Shown one piece after another: positions 1 through 9,951 of a stretch of DNA of 64,000 bases (the stretch's first letter is position 1; each line of letters begins with the position of its first letter). This DNA comes from Desulfatiglandales bacterium (lineage in GTDB: Bacteria; Desulfobacterota; DSM-4660; Desulfatiglandales; Desulfatiglandaceae): assembly GCA_963662465.1 (NCBI GenBank), contig OY759599.1, forward strand, positions 3,424,001 to 3,488,000, in the 5' to 3' direction. Under the pieces are notes generated by a model. That model was not told where the DNA came from. It did not search any database and worked only from the letters and a program-made list of their open reading frames with translations. The translations under genes and the position numbers were made by a program.

Positions 1-615
1 TCAATCATAATAATAATATGAGAAAAACCATAAAATCAAGCTTGGTGTAATATATACCATGCTTGTAAGGCAAAGTCAAGCTCAGAATGATAAGAATTAT
101 ATAGATATTTCAATTTTAAATATGAATTAGATGAATTAAATACACACAACATAACCAAACTCGCAACATAAATTGAGAATATATGAAATCCTCGAACATG
201 TCAAAAGCAAGAGATATGGCTTTCAATGTTGGGAAATATGACCGGGGATACCGAACCTGATTGATGTCCTGCCTGCACAATATGTATGGGTCGGCCAATT
301 TACATCGTTATTCCGCCCGATTCAATGATGCTTGCATAAGTCCTGCACGTTACTTAATCAATTTAAACTGATATTCAACCACTTGTAAAGCGACAAATTT
401 ATAAATATCCAACGGAAGGTTACATATGCCAGCCTTGAAGTCACAGATTTCGCTTCCGAAGACTAATTTCCCGGAATCTCACCAGAAGAAGAAGTACGTG
501 CATTCCTCAGTGAGTACCTCCCCGATGTCCGCTACAATACCAGATCAATTACTGTTATTGAACGAGAAAATAATGCATTACCTGGCATTGAAATCAAGGC
601 CGGTTCTGCTGTCGG

Positions 616-639
616 AAAAAAGGGTTTCGAACCTTTTTT
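616..639. terminator. Probable intrinsic (possibly bidirectional) terminator downstream of the RND operon
   Basis: AAAAAAGGGTTTCGAACCTTTTTT hairpin flanked by A/T runs, about 25 bp past the RND permease stop. Confidence 0.5.
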
Positions 640-662
640 GGATAGGCTTTCCGGAAGAAATC

Positions 663-3600
663 TCATGCTGTTTCAAGGGTTGATGTTTTCACCCACAGAA
701 CAAAAATGAGCGGAATAAACAGTAGGGTCAAGAAGGTGCCCACGATAAGGCCGCCGATGGCCACTGCCCCAAGAGGCGCCAGACGTTCAAGACCGATGGC
801 GGACCCCAGGGCCACGGGAAGCATGCCGGCGGCAACCGCAAAGGCGGTCATCAGTACCGGTCGCGTGCGAATGCGGATGCTTTCAAGCATGGCCGCTTCC
901 GAGCTTAATCCGTCCGCCATCTTTTCCTGAGCAAAATGGATCAGCAAAATGGCGTTGTTCACAATAATGCCGGAGAGCAGAATAAACCCCATCATGGCGG
1001 GCATGGACACATGGTAATTGAGCAGCAGCAGGGTCCAGGAGGCGCCGATGAGGGTGAGGGGGATGGAAAGCACGATCATGAGGGCCACCTTGACGCTGTC
1101 AAACAGCGCCACCAGGGTGAAAAAGATCAATACCACGGCAAATCCGATGGCAAACGCCATTCTCCCCGCGGAGTTTTTGAACTGCTTCATGTCTCCGGTC
1201 TGTTCCATGGTTACCGACGGGGGCAGTTGAAAATCCTTAAAGGCGGTTTCAAAATCGGCCATGATATGGGTGATAGCGGCTTTTTCCCGTGAGGCGTAAA
1301 CATTCAGGGTGTAATTGAGCCCTTCCCGGGTGATCATGCCCGGTTCCGTTTCACTGCTGACGGAGGCCACGGCCCCAAGGGGAATTTTCCCTTTCGGGGA
1401 ATCCAGCAAGGTCGCCTGAATCACCGCCAGGGTATTGCGGTTCATTTCGGGGACCCAGACGCGGACGCCGAAGTCAACGCTGTTTTTAAGGGGAAATGAG
1501 GCGACCCGGGCGCCGCGCAGAACCGCCTGGATCCGGCGTGAAATATCCGCGCCGGTCAATCCGTAAAAGGCGGCCCGTTCCGGGTTGATATCCAGATTAT
1601 AGACGGTTTTGTCATTGGACCAGGTTCTGGAGACGGAAGCCAGCCCCGGGGTTTTGTAAAGGGCTTTTTCCACCCGGTTTCCGGCTGTTTCAAGGTCTTT
1701 AAAGCTGGGGCTGGACAGCATGACGTCAATATTGGCGCGAATACTGGAAAGCGCCGTGGCCCCGTAATCCACCACTTCGAGCCTTTTGAGGTTCTCTATG
1801 CGGGCCATCAGGGGCCGCAAACGCCGTTCCATTTCCCAAACGGATGCCTTCCTTTTGTACCGGTCCACATAGGTAGCGGTGATGGCCATGTGATCGATGC
1901 CGCTGCCGCTGCCGATGCTGAGGACGCCGGGTTCACTGCCGATGGCGGATGACAGGCGCAACAGCCGGCCGTTTTCTCCCAGAATCCTGTCGGCCGCTTT
2001 CACCATTGCCTGACTTTTTTCAATGGGAAGGTTGGGATCGGCCACCATGTTCACCTTGATCCCGCCGGTGTCCATGGGGGGCATCAACTCCTGGCCCACA
2101 AGGGGCATGACCATGCGCATGCTGATCACAAAAAGAGCGGCCAGGACCAGGAAATAGGCCATGGACACCATTTTATACTTCAACCCGAGAGTCACCGCCA
2201 TGCTGAAAAAGGCCTGGATACGGTTGTTGATACGGCCGGTGATGCGTTGAAAAAAATCCTCCAGTCGAAGGATAAAGGGTTGATCGATGGCCAGGATTTT
2301 GAGGGACAACAAGGGGACCGCCGTAATGGAGATGACGTAGGATGCCGCCAGTGCCAGCAGCAGGGTCGCAGCCAGGGGCCGAAAGACGGTCTGGGGGTAG
2401 CCGCCCACAAAGAGGATGGGGGCCAGCGCGATCATGGTGGTCATGGTGCCGGACAGATCCGCGAACATGATCTCCCGAGTGCCCGCAAGAACCGCTTTGT
2501 CAATGGCGCCTTGCCGGGTTTGATAATGCCGTTCAATGTTTTCCATGACCACCACCGCATCATCCAGGAGCAGGCCGAGGGCCAGGATAATGCCCGTTAG
2601 CGTGACCACGTTGAACTCGATCCCTACCATCCACATGAGCGCAATGGTGCTCGCATAGACCATGGGGATGGTCAACAGCACCACCAGCACCTGTCTGAAA
2701 CTGGCCAGAAAGAAAAAGACCACCAGGGTGCTCATGATGATGGCATCCCGCAACGATTCAAACATGTTTTCCATGCTCTGAACGATGAGTTCCTTCTGGG
2801 TATCGGTGATTTCAAACTTCAGATCCGCGTATTTTGCCCTCATATCATCCAGCTTTTCTTCCACCCGGGTGACGGTTCTGATCACATCCGCATCGCGACC
2901 CCGTTGGATGGACAGGGCAATGGCCGGCTTTCCATTGCCGTAATAGGCGGCGGTATTCTCATCATGGCCGAAATAGATGCGGCTCACATCGCCTAACCGT
3001 ACATCGGGCGTCAGGCGAAGGGACCGAAGCCCTGGAACGGTCTCTTCTTTTCCGGGAGATTTCAGGAGATAACGGTCTTTTTCGCTGGTGATAAAACCGA
3101 TGGCGTAATCCTTGTCGTTTTGTTGCAGCACCCCCATTACCGTTCCAAGACCCAGGCCGTATTGATCCAGGGTTTTCTTGTCGATGATGATCTGCACTTC
3201 TTTTTGATAGCCGCCGAAGATATCCACATTGGCCACGCCCGGGATTTTGATCAAATCATGCTTCAGTTGGTTTTCCGCAAGCTGTCGAATGTCGGTGAGG
3301 GGAATGGTTTCGCTGCTGATGCCCACCACCAGGATTGGGGCCGTGGCGGCCGATATTTTGTGGAGCTGAGGTTCCATGAGGTCTTGGGGAAGTCTGGAAC
3401 GGATTTTGTTGATGGCATTTTCCACATCGGCGGCGGCCATATCCAGGTTCTTGGTGTATTCAAATTCCGCCCGGATCACCGACACTTCATCGATGGTGGT
3501 GGAATAAACCCTTCGGATTTTATCAAGGGTGTACAGTTCCTCCTCCACGGGAACGGCAATGTTGGCGGCAATGGTCTTGGCGGAGGCGCCGGGCTGCACC

Positions 3601-3752
3601 ATAACAACGGCAATTTCAGGGTAATTGGATTCCGGGAAGAGGTTTCGGGCGACGTTTTTGTAGCCTACAACCCCCAGGAATACAAACATGACCAGAAAGG
3701 AGTAGATAAAATAGGGGCGTTGCAACAGCCTCTCAATCCAGGATTTATTCAC
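663..3752 (-). CDS. RND efflux permease, AcrB/AcrD/AcrF family
   Basis: ~1030 aa with two TM bundles. Motifs GLLLDDAVVVMENI, GIIVNNAILL and RTRPVLMT. GTG at 3752 has a GGAG RBS and overlaps the MFP stop; ATG 3767/3788 are alternatives. Confidence 0.95.
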   Translation of the reverse strand: MNKSWIERLLQRPYFIYSFLVMFVFLGVVGYKNVARNLFPESNYPEIAVVMVQPGASAKTIAANIAVPVEEELYTLDKIRRVYSTTIDEVSVIRAEFEYTKNLDMAAADVENAINKIRSRLPQDLMEPQLHKISAATAPILVVGISSETIPLTDIRQLAENQLKHDLIKIPGVANVDIFGGYQKEVQIIIDKKTLDQYGLGLGTVMGVLQQNDKDYAIGFITSEKDRYLLKSPGKEETVPGLRSLRLTPDVRLGDVSRIYFGHDENTAAYYGNGKPAIALSIQRGRDADVIRTVTRVEEKLDDMRAKYADLKFEITDTQKELIVQSMENMFESLRDAIIMSTLVVFFFLASFRQVLVVLLTIPMVYASTIALMWMVGIEFNVVTLTGIILALGLLLDDAVVVMENIERHYQTRQGAIDKAVLAGTREIMFADLSGTMTTMIALAPILFVGGYPQTVFRPLAATLLLALAASYVISITAVPLLSLKILAIDQPFILRLEDFFQRITGRINNRIQAFFSMAVTLGLKYKMVSMAYFLVLAALFVISMRMVMPLVGQELMPPMDTGGIKVNMVADPNLPIEKSQAMVKAADRILGENGRLLRLSSAIGSEPGVLSIGSGSGIDHMAITATYVDRYKRKASVWEMERRLRPLMARIENLKRLEVVDYGATALSSIRANIDVMLSSPSFKDLETAGNRVEKALYKTPGLASVSRTWSNDKTVYNLDINPERAAFYGLTGADISRRIQAVLRGARVASFPLKNSVDFGVRVWVPEMNRNTLAVIQATLLDSPKGKIPLGAVASVSSETEPGMITREGLNYTLNVYASREKAAITHIMADFETAFKDFQLPPSVTMEQTGDMKQFKNSAGRMAFAIGFAVVLIFFTLVALFDSVKVALMIVLSIPLTLIGASWTLLLLNYHVSMPAMMGFILLSGIIVNNAILLIHFAQEKMADGLSSEAAMLESIRIRTRPVLMTAFAVAAGMLPVALGSAIGLERLAPLGAVAIGGLIVGTFLTLLFIPLIFVLWVKTSTLETA

Positions 3753-4830
3753 CCGCTTCTTCTCCATGAATAATTTGCACGGAGCCATAACTGGGAAGCA
3801 GGCTCAGCTTGGCCTCCGGGCCAAGGGCCACCGGGGAGGACGGACAGGGTTCGATGAGGGCCCGGGTCTCGTTTTGCCCCAGGATTCTGATGGGAAAAGG
3901 GGTGAACCGCTGGTTTTCATACACCATGACCTGTTCCCCTTCCTTTTGATGCAAAACTGCGTTTACAGGTACAACACATCCTTCTCCGGTAAAGACCACC
4001 ACATCGATGGAGAGATAACTGCCGTCGGGTTGATCAAGGAGTTGGCCAGGGGGCTGGTCGAGAACGACCTCGGCCTCGAAAAGAGCGTTTTTCGCATCGC
4101 TGTACCGTTTTAGGACCGTTCCGATTTTTTCTTTCCCCAGAAAAACCGCCTGGCCCGGGGAAATGGGAGGGGTATCCGGCACATAACTGAAGGTGAGTTT
4201 CCGGTCCGGAGAATGGAGGGTTAAAAGGGGTTGACCGGGGGTCGCCAGATTCCCCTTTCGCAAAAAAACCGTTGCGACAATGCCGTCAAAGGGCGCGCGA
4301 ATGTTTAAATAATCCAACTGGATTTTTTGCGCCGCAATTTTCTGGCGGGTCGCTTCCACGGCCGCCTGTTTACCGGCTTGGGCCACCGCTGACGCTTCCA
4401 GTTTTTCCCGGGCCAGACCCCCTACCTTAAAAATGGCCTGATTACGGGCATGCAAACCGTTGGTATAGTTCAAGTCCGCTTCCTGGGATTTCAGGGTTTC
4501 CTCAAGGGACTTTATGGCGGATAGAATCTCCCGATCATCGATTTGAACCAGCAGATCCCCTTTTTTGACCGGCTGATTTTCGGTTACCCGAACAGCCATG
4601 ATGAGACCACTCAATCTTGAAGCGATATGTGCCGTGTCGACGGATGTCAATTGCGCCAAAAATGGCCTCGTCCGGCGCAGGGATGATTCCCTGGGTGAAA
4701 CAGTCTTCACGGAAACAGCCATGGGGATCGGGACGGGGGCATCTTTTGCTTCCTGCATCCGTTTTTTGAGCAGAACCCCGGCGCCCGCAATAAGCCCCGC
4801 CGCCAGCAATATGAAAATGATTTTCTTCAT
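3745..4830 (-). CDS. RND efflux periplasmic adaptor (membrane fusion protein)
   Basis: N-terminal anchor, lipoyl-like halves (VKKGDLLVQID ... IRAPFDGIV) around a coiled coil; lies between TolC and the RND permease. Confidence 0.92.
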   Translation of the reverse strand: MKKIIFILLAAGLIAGAGVLLKKRMQEAKDAPVPIPMAVSVKTVSPRESSLRRTRPFLAQLTSVDTAHIASRLSGLIMAVRVTENQPVKKGDLLVQIDDREILSAIKSLEETLKSQEADLNYTNGLHARNQAIFKVGGLAREKLEASAVAQAGKQAAVEATRQKIAAQKIQLDYLNIRAPFDGIVATVFLRKGNLATPGQPLLTLHSPDRKLTFSYVPDTPPISPGQAVFLGKEKIGTVLKRYSDAKNALFEAEVVLDQPPGQLLDQPDGSYLSIDVVVFTGEGCVVPVNAVLHQKEGEQVMVYENQRFTPFPIRILGQNETRALIEPCPSSPVALGPEAKLSLLPSYGSVQIIHGEEAGE

Positions 4831-6152
4831 TTCTCCGTTCCGTTCTCCAGCACATAATCGAGGTAAAACTGCGCGCTCAGGCAGGCATATTCGGCGCTGA
4901 TCAAGCGGCTCAGGGCCTGGTGATTGCGGGCTCTGGCATAGAGCAGATCATTTACGCTGATGGCGCCGTTGTCAAATCGCACCTGCTCGATGGTTTGGGT
5001 TTCCGCCGTCATGCCCTGTTCGGCCCTGGCGCTCTTATATTCATCAAGGGCCGTTCTGATTTTGGCCGTTGCCTCAACCAGGGACTTTTTCAAATCAAGG
5101 GCCGTCTTCAATTTTTCCATTTCACTTTGCCGTTTACGAATTCGCGCTTTCTCGCCGGCGGATTCCCGTACCCCGAAATCAAAAATATTCCATGTGAGAT
5201 TCACCACTGTCTGCCAGACTTCCTGGTTATTCCAGTCGCCGCTGTATCGGTTGGAATAGTCGTTGGGACCGAAGTTCCGGCCGAAAAAGGCATTGAAGGT
5301 CACCTGCGGATAATAGCCCGCTTTGCTTTTTTCCACCAGTTTGGCGTTCTTTTCCACTGCCATCACCGCATATTGATAACGATCCAGATCCTTGATGGCG
5401 CCTTCCGGGTCAATGGTTTCAGGGAGACGCCGGGTGACGGGAACCGCTTCCAGGGGGGGCAATTCCGCCACATTCAATAGACCGGCAAGCGTCGCCTTGA
5501 CAATCAGGATGCTGGTTTTAATACGGCTCTCCTGGGCTTTGGCGTTTTCAAGATCGGCCGCCGCTTTCAATTGATCGACCCGGGCCTTTCTATCCAGTTT
5601 TACCTCATAACGGATATCCTCAAAAAGGGCCGCCAACGCCTGAGCGTAAGCATTCTGGGCCGTTTCCTGACGTTCCAGGGCGAGGGCGTTCACATACAGG
5701 CTTTTGACATTGTAGATCAACTGCTCTTCACTCAGCTTCAGGGCCACACCCGCCATCTCCTTCTGCATGACGGCGATTTCAACGGAACGTTGCTGAGCGA
5801 ACCCGGTAAAAAGGGGCACCTCATACATAATGCCGGTGGTGAAAAGGTCCTGGGTGGTGGGCACCGCATAGGGGTCGGAAAGGATGGAGGCCGGCGTCAA
5901 GGGGGCGAGGGTTCGCGGCAGATTATAATGACCGTAAGATGCCACCAGCCCAAATTGCCCGAAATTTTGAGATTTTTTTTCAGCCAGATCGTTTTCACTC
6001 AATGTGTGGTTCATCCGTTGACGTTGCATGTCCGGATTGTTGGCAAGCGCCATGTCCACGGCTTCCTCAAGGCTCAGTCCGCGACCGAGCCCAGGGGACA
6101 CGAACATGACGCCCATGGCCAGCAAGAGAGTGAAAAAAATGAATTTCAACAT
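4827..6152 (-). CDS. TolC-family outer membrane efflux protein
   Basis: Signal peptide, LSLEEAVDMALANNP start, two OEP repeats (YEVPLFTG, YYPQV, WNIFDFG); 4-bp overlap with the MFP. Confidence 0.92.
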   Translation of the reverse strand: MLKFIFFTLLLAMGVMFVSPGLGRGLSLEEAVDMALANNPDMQRQRMNHTLSENDLAEKKSQNFGQFGLVASYGHYNLPRTLAPLTPASILSDPYAVPTTQDLFTTGIMYEVPLFTGFAQQRSVEIAVMQKEMAGVALKLSEEQLIYNVKSLYVNALALERQETAQNAYAQALAALFEDIRYEVKLDRKARVDQLKAAADLENAKAQESRIKTSILIVKATLAGLLNVAELPPLEAVPVTRRLPETIDPEGAIKDLDRYQYAVMAVEKNAKLVEKSKAGYYPQVTFNAFFGRNFGPNDYSNRYSGDWNNQEVWQTVVNLTWNIFDFGVRESAGEKARIRKRQSEMEKLKTALDLKKSLVEATAKIRTALDEYKSARAEQGMTAETQTIEQVRFDNGAISVNDLLYARARNHQALSRLISAEYACLSAQFYLDYVLENGTEK

Positions 6153-6160
6153 CGTTTAAG

Positions 6161-6205
6161 TCAATAACTCCGGTAAATGCCGTCTTTGATTTTTCTTGCC
6201 TTCAT
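6161..6205 (-). pseudogene. 14-codon remnant of a flavodiiron (fprA) 5' end (MKARKIKDGIYRSY*) directly upstream of tolC
   Basis: Matches the N-terminus MKARKIKDRIY of the 7460..8638 gene; the upstream ~85 bp are also homologous. Confidence 0.8.
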
Positions 6206-6270
6206 GGTAATCTCCCTTTTTCACAAGGTAATATCTGTGTCACAAATACCACTCATTTCCATCGTGTGTC

Positions 6271-6286
6271 TTTGCGCCGGCGCAAA
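6271..6286. promoter_or_regulatory. NnrR/Crp-Fnr-type operator TTTGCG-CCGG-CGCAAA (efflux operon)
   Basis: Perfect 16-bp palindrome identical to 8703..8718, centred ~73 bp upstream of the remnant ATG. Confidence 0.75.
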
Positions 6287-6363
6287 CAAGACGCTTTTTT
6301 CACAGCGTTCTATTGGCATGATTGTTGATTTTTTTTCGAATATCATTACTTTTGCAAAATAGG

Positions 6364-6747
6364 TCATGCTGAAAAACTCATGTTATTGGAGGCTTGCCAT
6401 ATTTCAATGCGGTGTCCTTCCGGATCGAAAATATAAAACACCTGTGCATCCCATGGATGCTTCCTGAGTTCCGTCGGTTTCATACCAGCTTTCTCGGCAT
6501 ATTCCCGTACGGCTTCAATATCATCAACCTCTAACGATATTGTGACGCCTTTACCGCCACAGCTATTGATGGAAGATCGGTTTTCGTCGGCGATGCTCAG
6601 TCTTGACATTGCATTTATGCGAAACTCCACAAACCAATCCGTGGAAAATATAATGGGCAACTTCAGCTTGTCCCGATAGAACCGAACTGTTTTTTTCCAT
6701 TCCTTACAATAAAGAATCGTGTTGGTGGTTATCAAACAATTTTCCAT
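6364..6747 (-). CDS. VOC/glyoxalase-bleomycin resistance family protein
   Basis: TVRFYRDKL, ISLEVDDIE and PWDAQVFYIFDPEGHRIE motifs. Confidence 0.88.
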   Translation of the reverse strand: MENCLITTNTILYCKEWKKTVRFYRDKLKLPIIFSTDWFVEFRINAMSRLSIADENRSSINSCGGKGVTISLEVDDIEAVREYAEKAGMKPTELRKHPWDAQVFYIFDPEGHRIEIWQASNNMSFSA

Positions 6748-6793
6748 CGCCAATTCCTTACACAATAGGCAAAGGCTAACTTTTTTGAGCAAA

Positions 6794-7348
6794 TCATGGC
6801 TCCGGATATTTTCCTTGGGATTCTGCTCCGTCGACCACAGCCTTGTATTTCTCGTGAATCATCTTCCGGTCAAACTCCCAGAACTCCTCGAGCATGGACT
6901 GGTCCTCTTCATCTGTGAAATAGGATCTGGATGCCGGGAAGAAGATTTTATCTTCTTTTTGGATATGTTTGGGGTAGAACCCCACAAGCGTCTGAAGCTT
7001 GCTGACAATGTCCGCCAACGCGGATTCATCGCCGTTGCGATACCGTGTGTTGGCTTCAACAAGGGCTTTGGTGGTCTGCCGCCCAAAGACATGCTCTTCG
7101 AAAAGCTCCTTCATGAGACGCTTGTCTTCGGCGGACAATGACCGTTTGCTCAGGTTTCGAAAGAGGATGTCCTCTTCTTTGCCGTGATGCGTCCTGTCGG
7201 CGTAGGTGCGAATGAAATCAACCGCTGTATCCACGAACAAAGGATCAACCTTGCGTGTTGATTCGATTTGAACCAGAGCATCCTTGACAATCAACAGCAT
7301 CCGTTCGATCAGGCGATGCTCTATCATGAGTGGACCACGTGCTTGCAT
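6794..7348 (-). CDS. Hemerythrin/HHE cation-binding domain protein
   Basis: LMIEHRLI, HHGKEEDILF, EEHVFGR and HIQKEDKIFFP di-iron motifs; RBS before ATG 7348. Confidence 0.9.
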   Translation of the reverse strand: MQARGPLMIEHRLIERMLLIVKDALVQIESTRKVDPLFVDTAVDFIRTYADRTHHGKEEDILFRNLSKRSLSAEDKRLMKELFEEHVFGRQTTKALVEANTRYRNGDESALADIVSKLQTLVGFYPKHIQKEDKIFFPASRSYFTDEEDQSMLEEFWEFDRKMIHEKYKAVVDGAESQGKYPEP

Positions 7349-7459
7349 GTTTGCTTCCTCCTCTACTTTAAATCTCAGAGCAAGTAATTGCATCGATTTT
7401 TGCCCCCGACTTCCAGAATTGGCCATCCTGTTCGGGTATTTCATTTCCGGTAATCATTG

Positions 7460-8638
7460 CTACACGAAATGATGCTCCTTGTGTTTTGCTGAAATAGCGG
7501 CAGCCAGGTCATCCAGCGCTTTGAAATCCTTTTCTGAAGGCGCCCCTTTGCAAAGGACCGGTTCTATGACTTCCACCTTGAGGTTGGGGATCATTCCCGC
7601 CAGTGTTTCCACCGTCTTCCCGCCCCATCCATAGGAACCGATGATGGAAAGAAATTTTGTTTTGGGTCGCAGTGCATTTGCCAGAAGCGCGGCGTAGGCC
7701 GCATACGGATGAGGGCCTGCCAAAATGGTAGGGGTGCCGATAACGATTGTCGCCGCATCAACCAGGGCCATGGCAAGCTTGCCGACATCGCTTACGGCCA
7801 GGTTGAACTGCTCGACCCTGACGCCATTTTCCACAAGGGCGCCGACAAAATGGTCAACCATTAACTTCGTGCTTTCATGCATGGACACGTAAGGCAGAAC
7901 CACCGTATTTCCGGGGGGAGAGGAAACCCAATCGCGGTAGGCATCCATGATAAATGCGGGATTATTGATGATCTGACCATGGCCGGGAGCGATCATTTCG
8001 ATATCATAGGGCGCAAGTTTCTCCAAATCTTTTTTGATGACGCTTCTGAAAGGCATCATGATTTCGGCAAAATAACGCTTGGCCGCCTCATGGAAGCGAC
8101 CTTCATCCGTGACAAAGAGGTCGCTTGTTGCAATATGGGAACCGAAAAAATCACAACTGAAAAGGATTTTGTCTTCTTCCAGATAGGTCGCCATGGTCTC
8201 CGGCCAGTGAACCCAGGGAACATGTATAAACCGGAGGGTCTTGTCCCCCAGTGAGAGGGTTTCGCCATCCTCGACGGTCATGAAAGATGCCTCGGGTATT
8301 TGAAGAAGATCTCCCAGCATTCCTTTCGCCTTGGGGGTTGATATGACCTTTGCGCCGGGGTATTTTGCCAGCACCTGGGGAATTGTTCCCGAGTGATCCT
8401 GCTCAGCATGCTGTGAAACGATGTAATCGATCTTTTTGACCCCCTCGAGCTGAGACACCAACTCATGGGCCATGGGAGGATCAACTGAATCCAGCAAAGC
8501 GGTTTTCTCACTTCCTTCAATAAGATAGGCGTTATAGGTCGTGCCATCCGGAAGGGGAACCAACGCATCGAACAGACGCCTGTCCCAATCCACGGAGCCC
8601 ATCCAGTAAATACGGTCTTTAATTTTTCTTGCCTTCAT
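7460..8638 (-). CDS. fprA: Flavodiiron protein (FprA/A-type flavoprotein; NO/O2 reductase)
   Basis: GTTYNAYLI, HAEQDHSG, PWVHWPET, SCDFFG and APGHG motifs plus a flavodoxin domain (GSYGWGG). Confidence 0.93.
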   Translation of the reverse strand: MKARKIKDRIYWMGSVDWDRRLFDALVPLPDGTTYNAYLIEGSEKTALLDSVDPPMAHELVSQLEGVKKIDYIVSQHAEQDHSGTIPQVLAKYPGAKVISTPKAKGMLGDLLQIPEASFMTVEDGETLSLGDKTLRFIHVPWVHWPETMATYLEEDKILFSCDFFGSHIATSDLFVTDEGRFHEAAKRYFAEIMMPFRSVIKKDLEKLAPYDIEMIAPGHGQIINNPAFIMDAYRDWVSSPPGNTVVLPYVSMHESTKLMVDHFVGALVENGVRVEQFNLAVSDVGKLAMALVDAATIVIGTPTILAGPHPYAAYAALLANALRPKTKFLSIIGSYGWGGKTVETLAGMIPNLKVEVIEPVLCKGAPSEKDFKALDDLAAAISAKHKEHHFV

Positions 8639-8702
8639 GATAATTTCTCCTTTTCATAGGTTAATATCTTTGTCAAAAATACCGCTCATTTCTTCCGGCG
8701 TC

Positions 8703-8718
8703 TTTGCGCCGGCGCAAA
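8703..8718. promoter_or_regulatory. NnrR/Crp-Fnr-type operator TTTGCG-CCGG-CGCAAA (fprA operon)
   Basis: Perfect palindrome centred ~72 bp upstream of the fprA ATG, typical class II Crp/Fnr placement. Confidence 0.8.
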
Positions 8719-8759
8719 CAATACACCTTTTATTTCATCCCCTCAGTCATATTGTTTTC

Positions 8760-9443
8760 TTATAAATATTCGAGCAAATCCCGGAACCTTCGCCACTGCA
8801 ACACCAAAAGGATGCATAAAACGATGCTAATGATAATGCTTGCGATTCCGATATAGGAGCTTATTTTATACCGAATCTGTTCTGTATGGGTTATGTTTTT
8901 CACGATGTGGATCTGCATCTGATACAATTCATCAATTTTATTTGTAATCGGATCAACAGTTTGATAGAGGTCTTCCCTGATAAAGCGCGCAAGCGCTCTA
9001 CGGTCTTCATTTAGAAGAATGCTGTTCAATTTCATCGCCATCTCGTCAGCCGCTTTAAATAATAATTGCAGGCGGTCAACCACCTCTTTTTCTTCCTCAA
9101 CAAGGTATGTATGGATGTATTCATCCCACAAATCCGGAATTCTCTTTCTGGCGCCTTCTAAGCATTTTCTCCCTTCATGCCACGATATAATATCGTTAAA
9201 AACCTTGTTTGCGGCGTCGACCATGTTTATTGCGTATATGTCGGAAATCATCTTTAACTGTTTTAACGGCTTAACGCGATCTTCATAAACAGTTTCGAGA
9301 CCCATATTTATGATTTTCACATTACTTAACTTCAAAATTCCCAATCCGGCGCCAAATGATACAAAGGTCATTACTAAAAAAATGATAAATAGCCTTCTCT
9401 TTATCTTTGCATATTTATCATAGAAGATATGGTTTTTCGGCAT
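8760..9443 (-). CDS. Stand-alone four-helix-bundle (4HB_MCP-like) membrane sensor protein
   Basis: TM - LETVYEDRVKPLKQL...LWDEY...LYQTVDPIT - TM, followed by only ~10 cytoplasmic residues; AT-rich. Confidence 0.75.
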   Translation of the reverse strand: MPKNHIFYDKYAKIKRRLFIIFLVMTFVSFGAGLGILKLSNVKIINMGLETVYEDRVKPLKQLKMISDIYAINMVDAANKVFNDIISWHEGRKCLEGARKRIPDLWDEYIHTYLVEEEKEVVDRLQLLFKAADEMAMKLNSILLNEDRRALARFIREDLYQTVDPITNKIDELYQMQIHIVKNITHTEQIRYKISSYIGIASIIISIVLCILLVLQWRRFRDLLEYL

Positions 9444-9498
9444 CTTTTTTTCCCATGCTCACTGATTGACCACCAAATTCATACGCTGTGAAATTTCC

Positions 9499-9951
9499 TT
9501 ATGTGCGGTTTTTTTCCTGATCATCTCGTTCGCCAAAAACAGCAATCTCCGCGCAAAGTTTTTTCACTGCGTTTTCAAAAATGGATGGATGTGGTATCAT
9601 CTTTAATCTTTCAGTTACGTTTCGTATTGACATGATTATTTTACCGCCAAAATCGTCTTGCCGATTTTTCAGCATTTGAATTAACGCATCGCCGGCAAGA
9701 ATTCTGGCGTCGTAGTAAGTGTTGTCATCGTCCAGTATGCTGAGAACCTGGTGAATCAACTGATGGGACGGGCGTTGAATCTCTCCGACCCGTTTTAGCA
9801 CCTCCTCGCGAAGCCGCCAGTTTCCCTTGTGTTTCAGTATCCGAATCAGACCGGCCTGACATTCCGGTAGTTTGCCGGCGTTCGCCAGTTCATCAAGGAT
9901 ATCCAGAACCGCCTCCCAATTATTGAGGTCTCCAAAGGGATCTTGCTTCAT
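9499..9951 (-). CDS. Hypothetical alpha-helical (HEAT-like) protein
   Basis: 150-aa ORF translationally coupled to the antiporter stop; NWRLREEVL and DARILAGDAL are HEAT-like. Confidence 0.7.
   Translation of the reverse strand: MKQDPFGDLNNWEAVLDILDELANAGKLPECQAGLIRILKHKGNWRLREEVLKRVGEIQRPSHQLIHQVLSILDDDNTYYDARILAGDALIQMLKNRQDDFGGKIIMSIRNVTERLKMIPHPSIFENAVKKLCAEIAVFGERDDQEKNRT

Noticed and set aside
1..600. AT-rich start of the window with short ORFs 116..298 and 426..683
   Set aside because: No recognisable motifs, RBS or element ends; left unannotated
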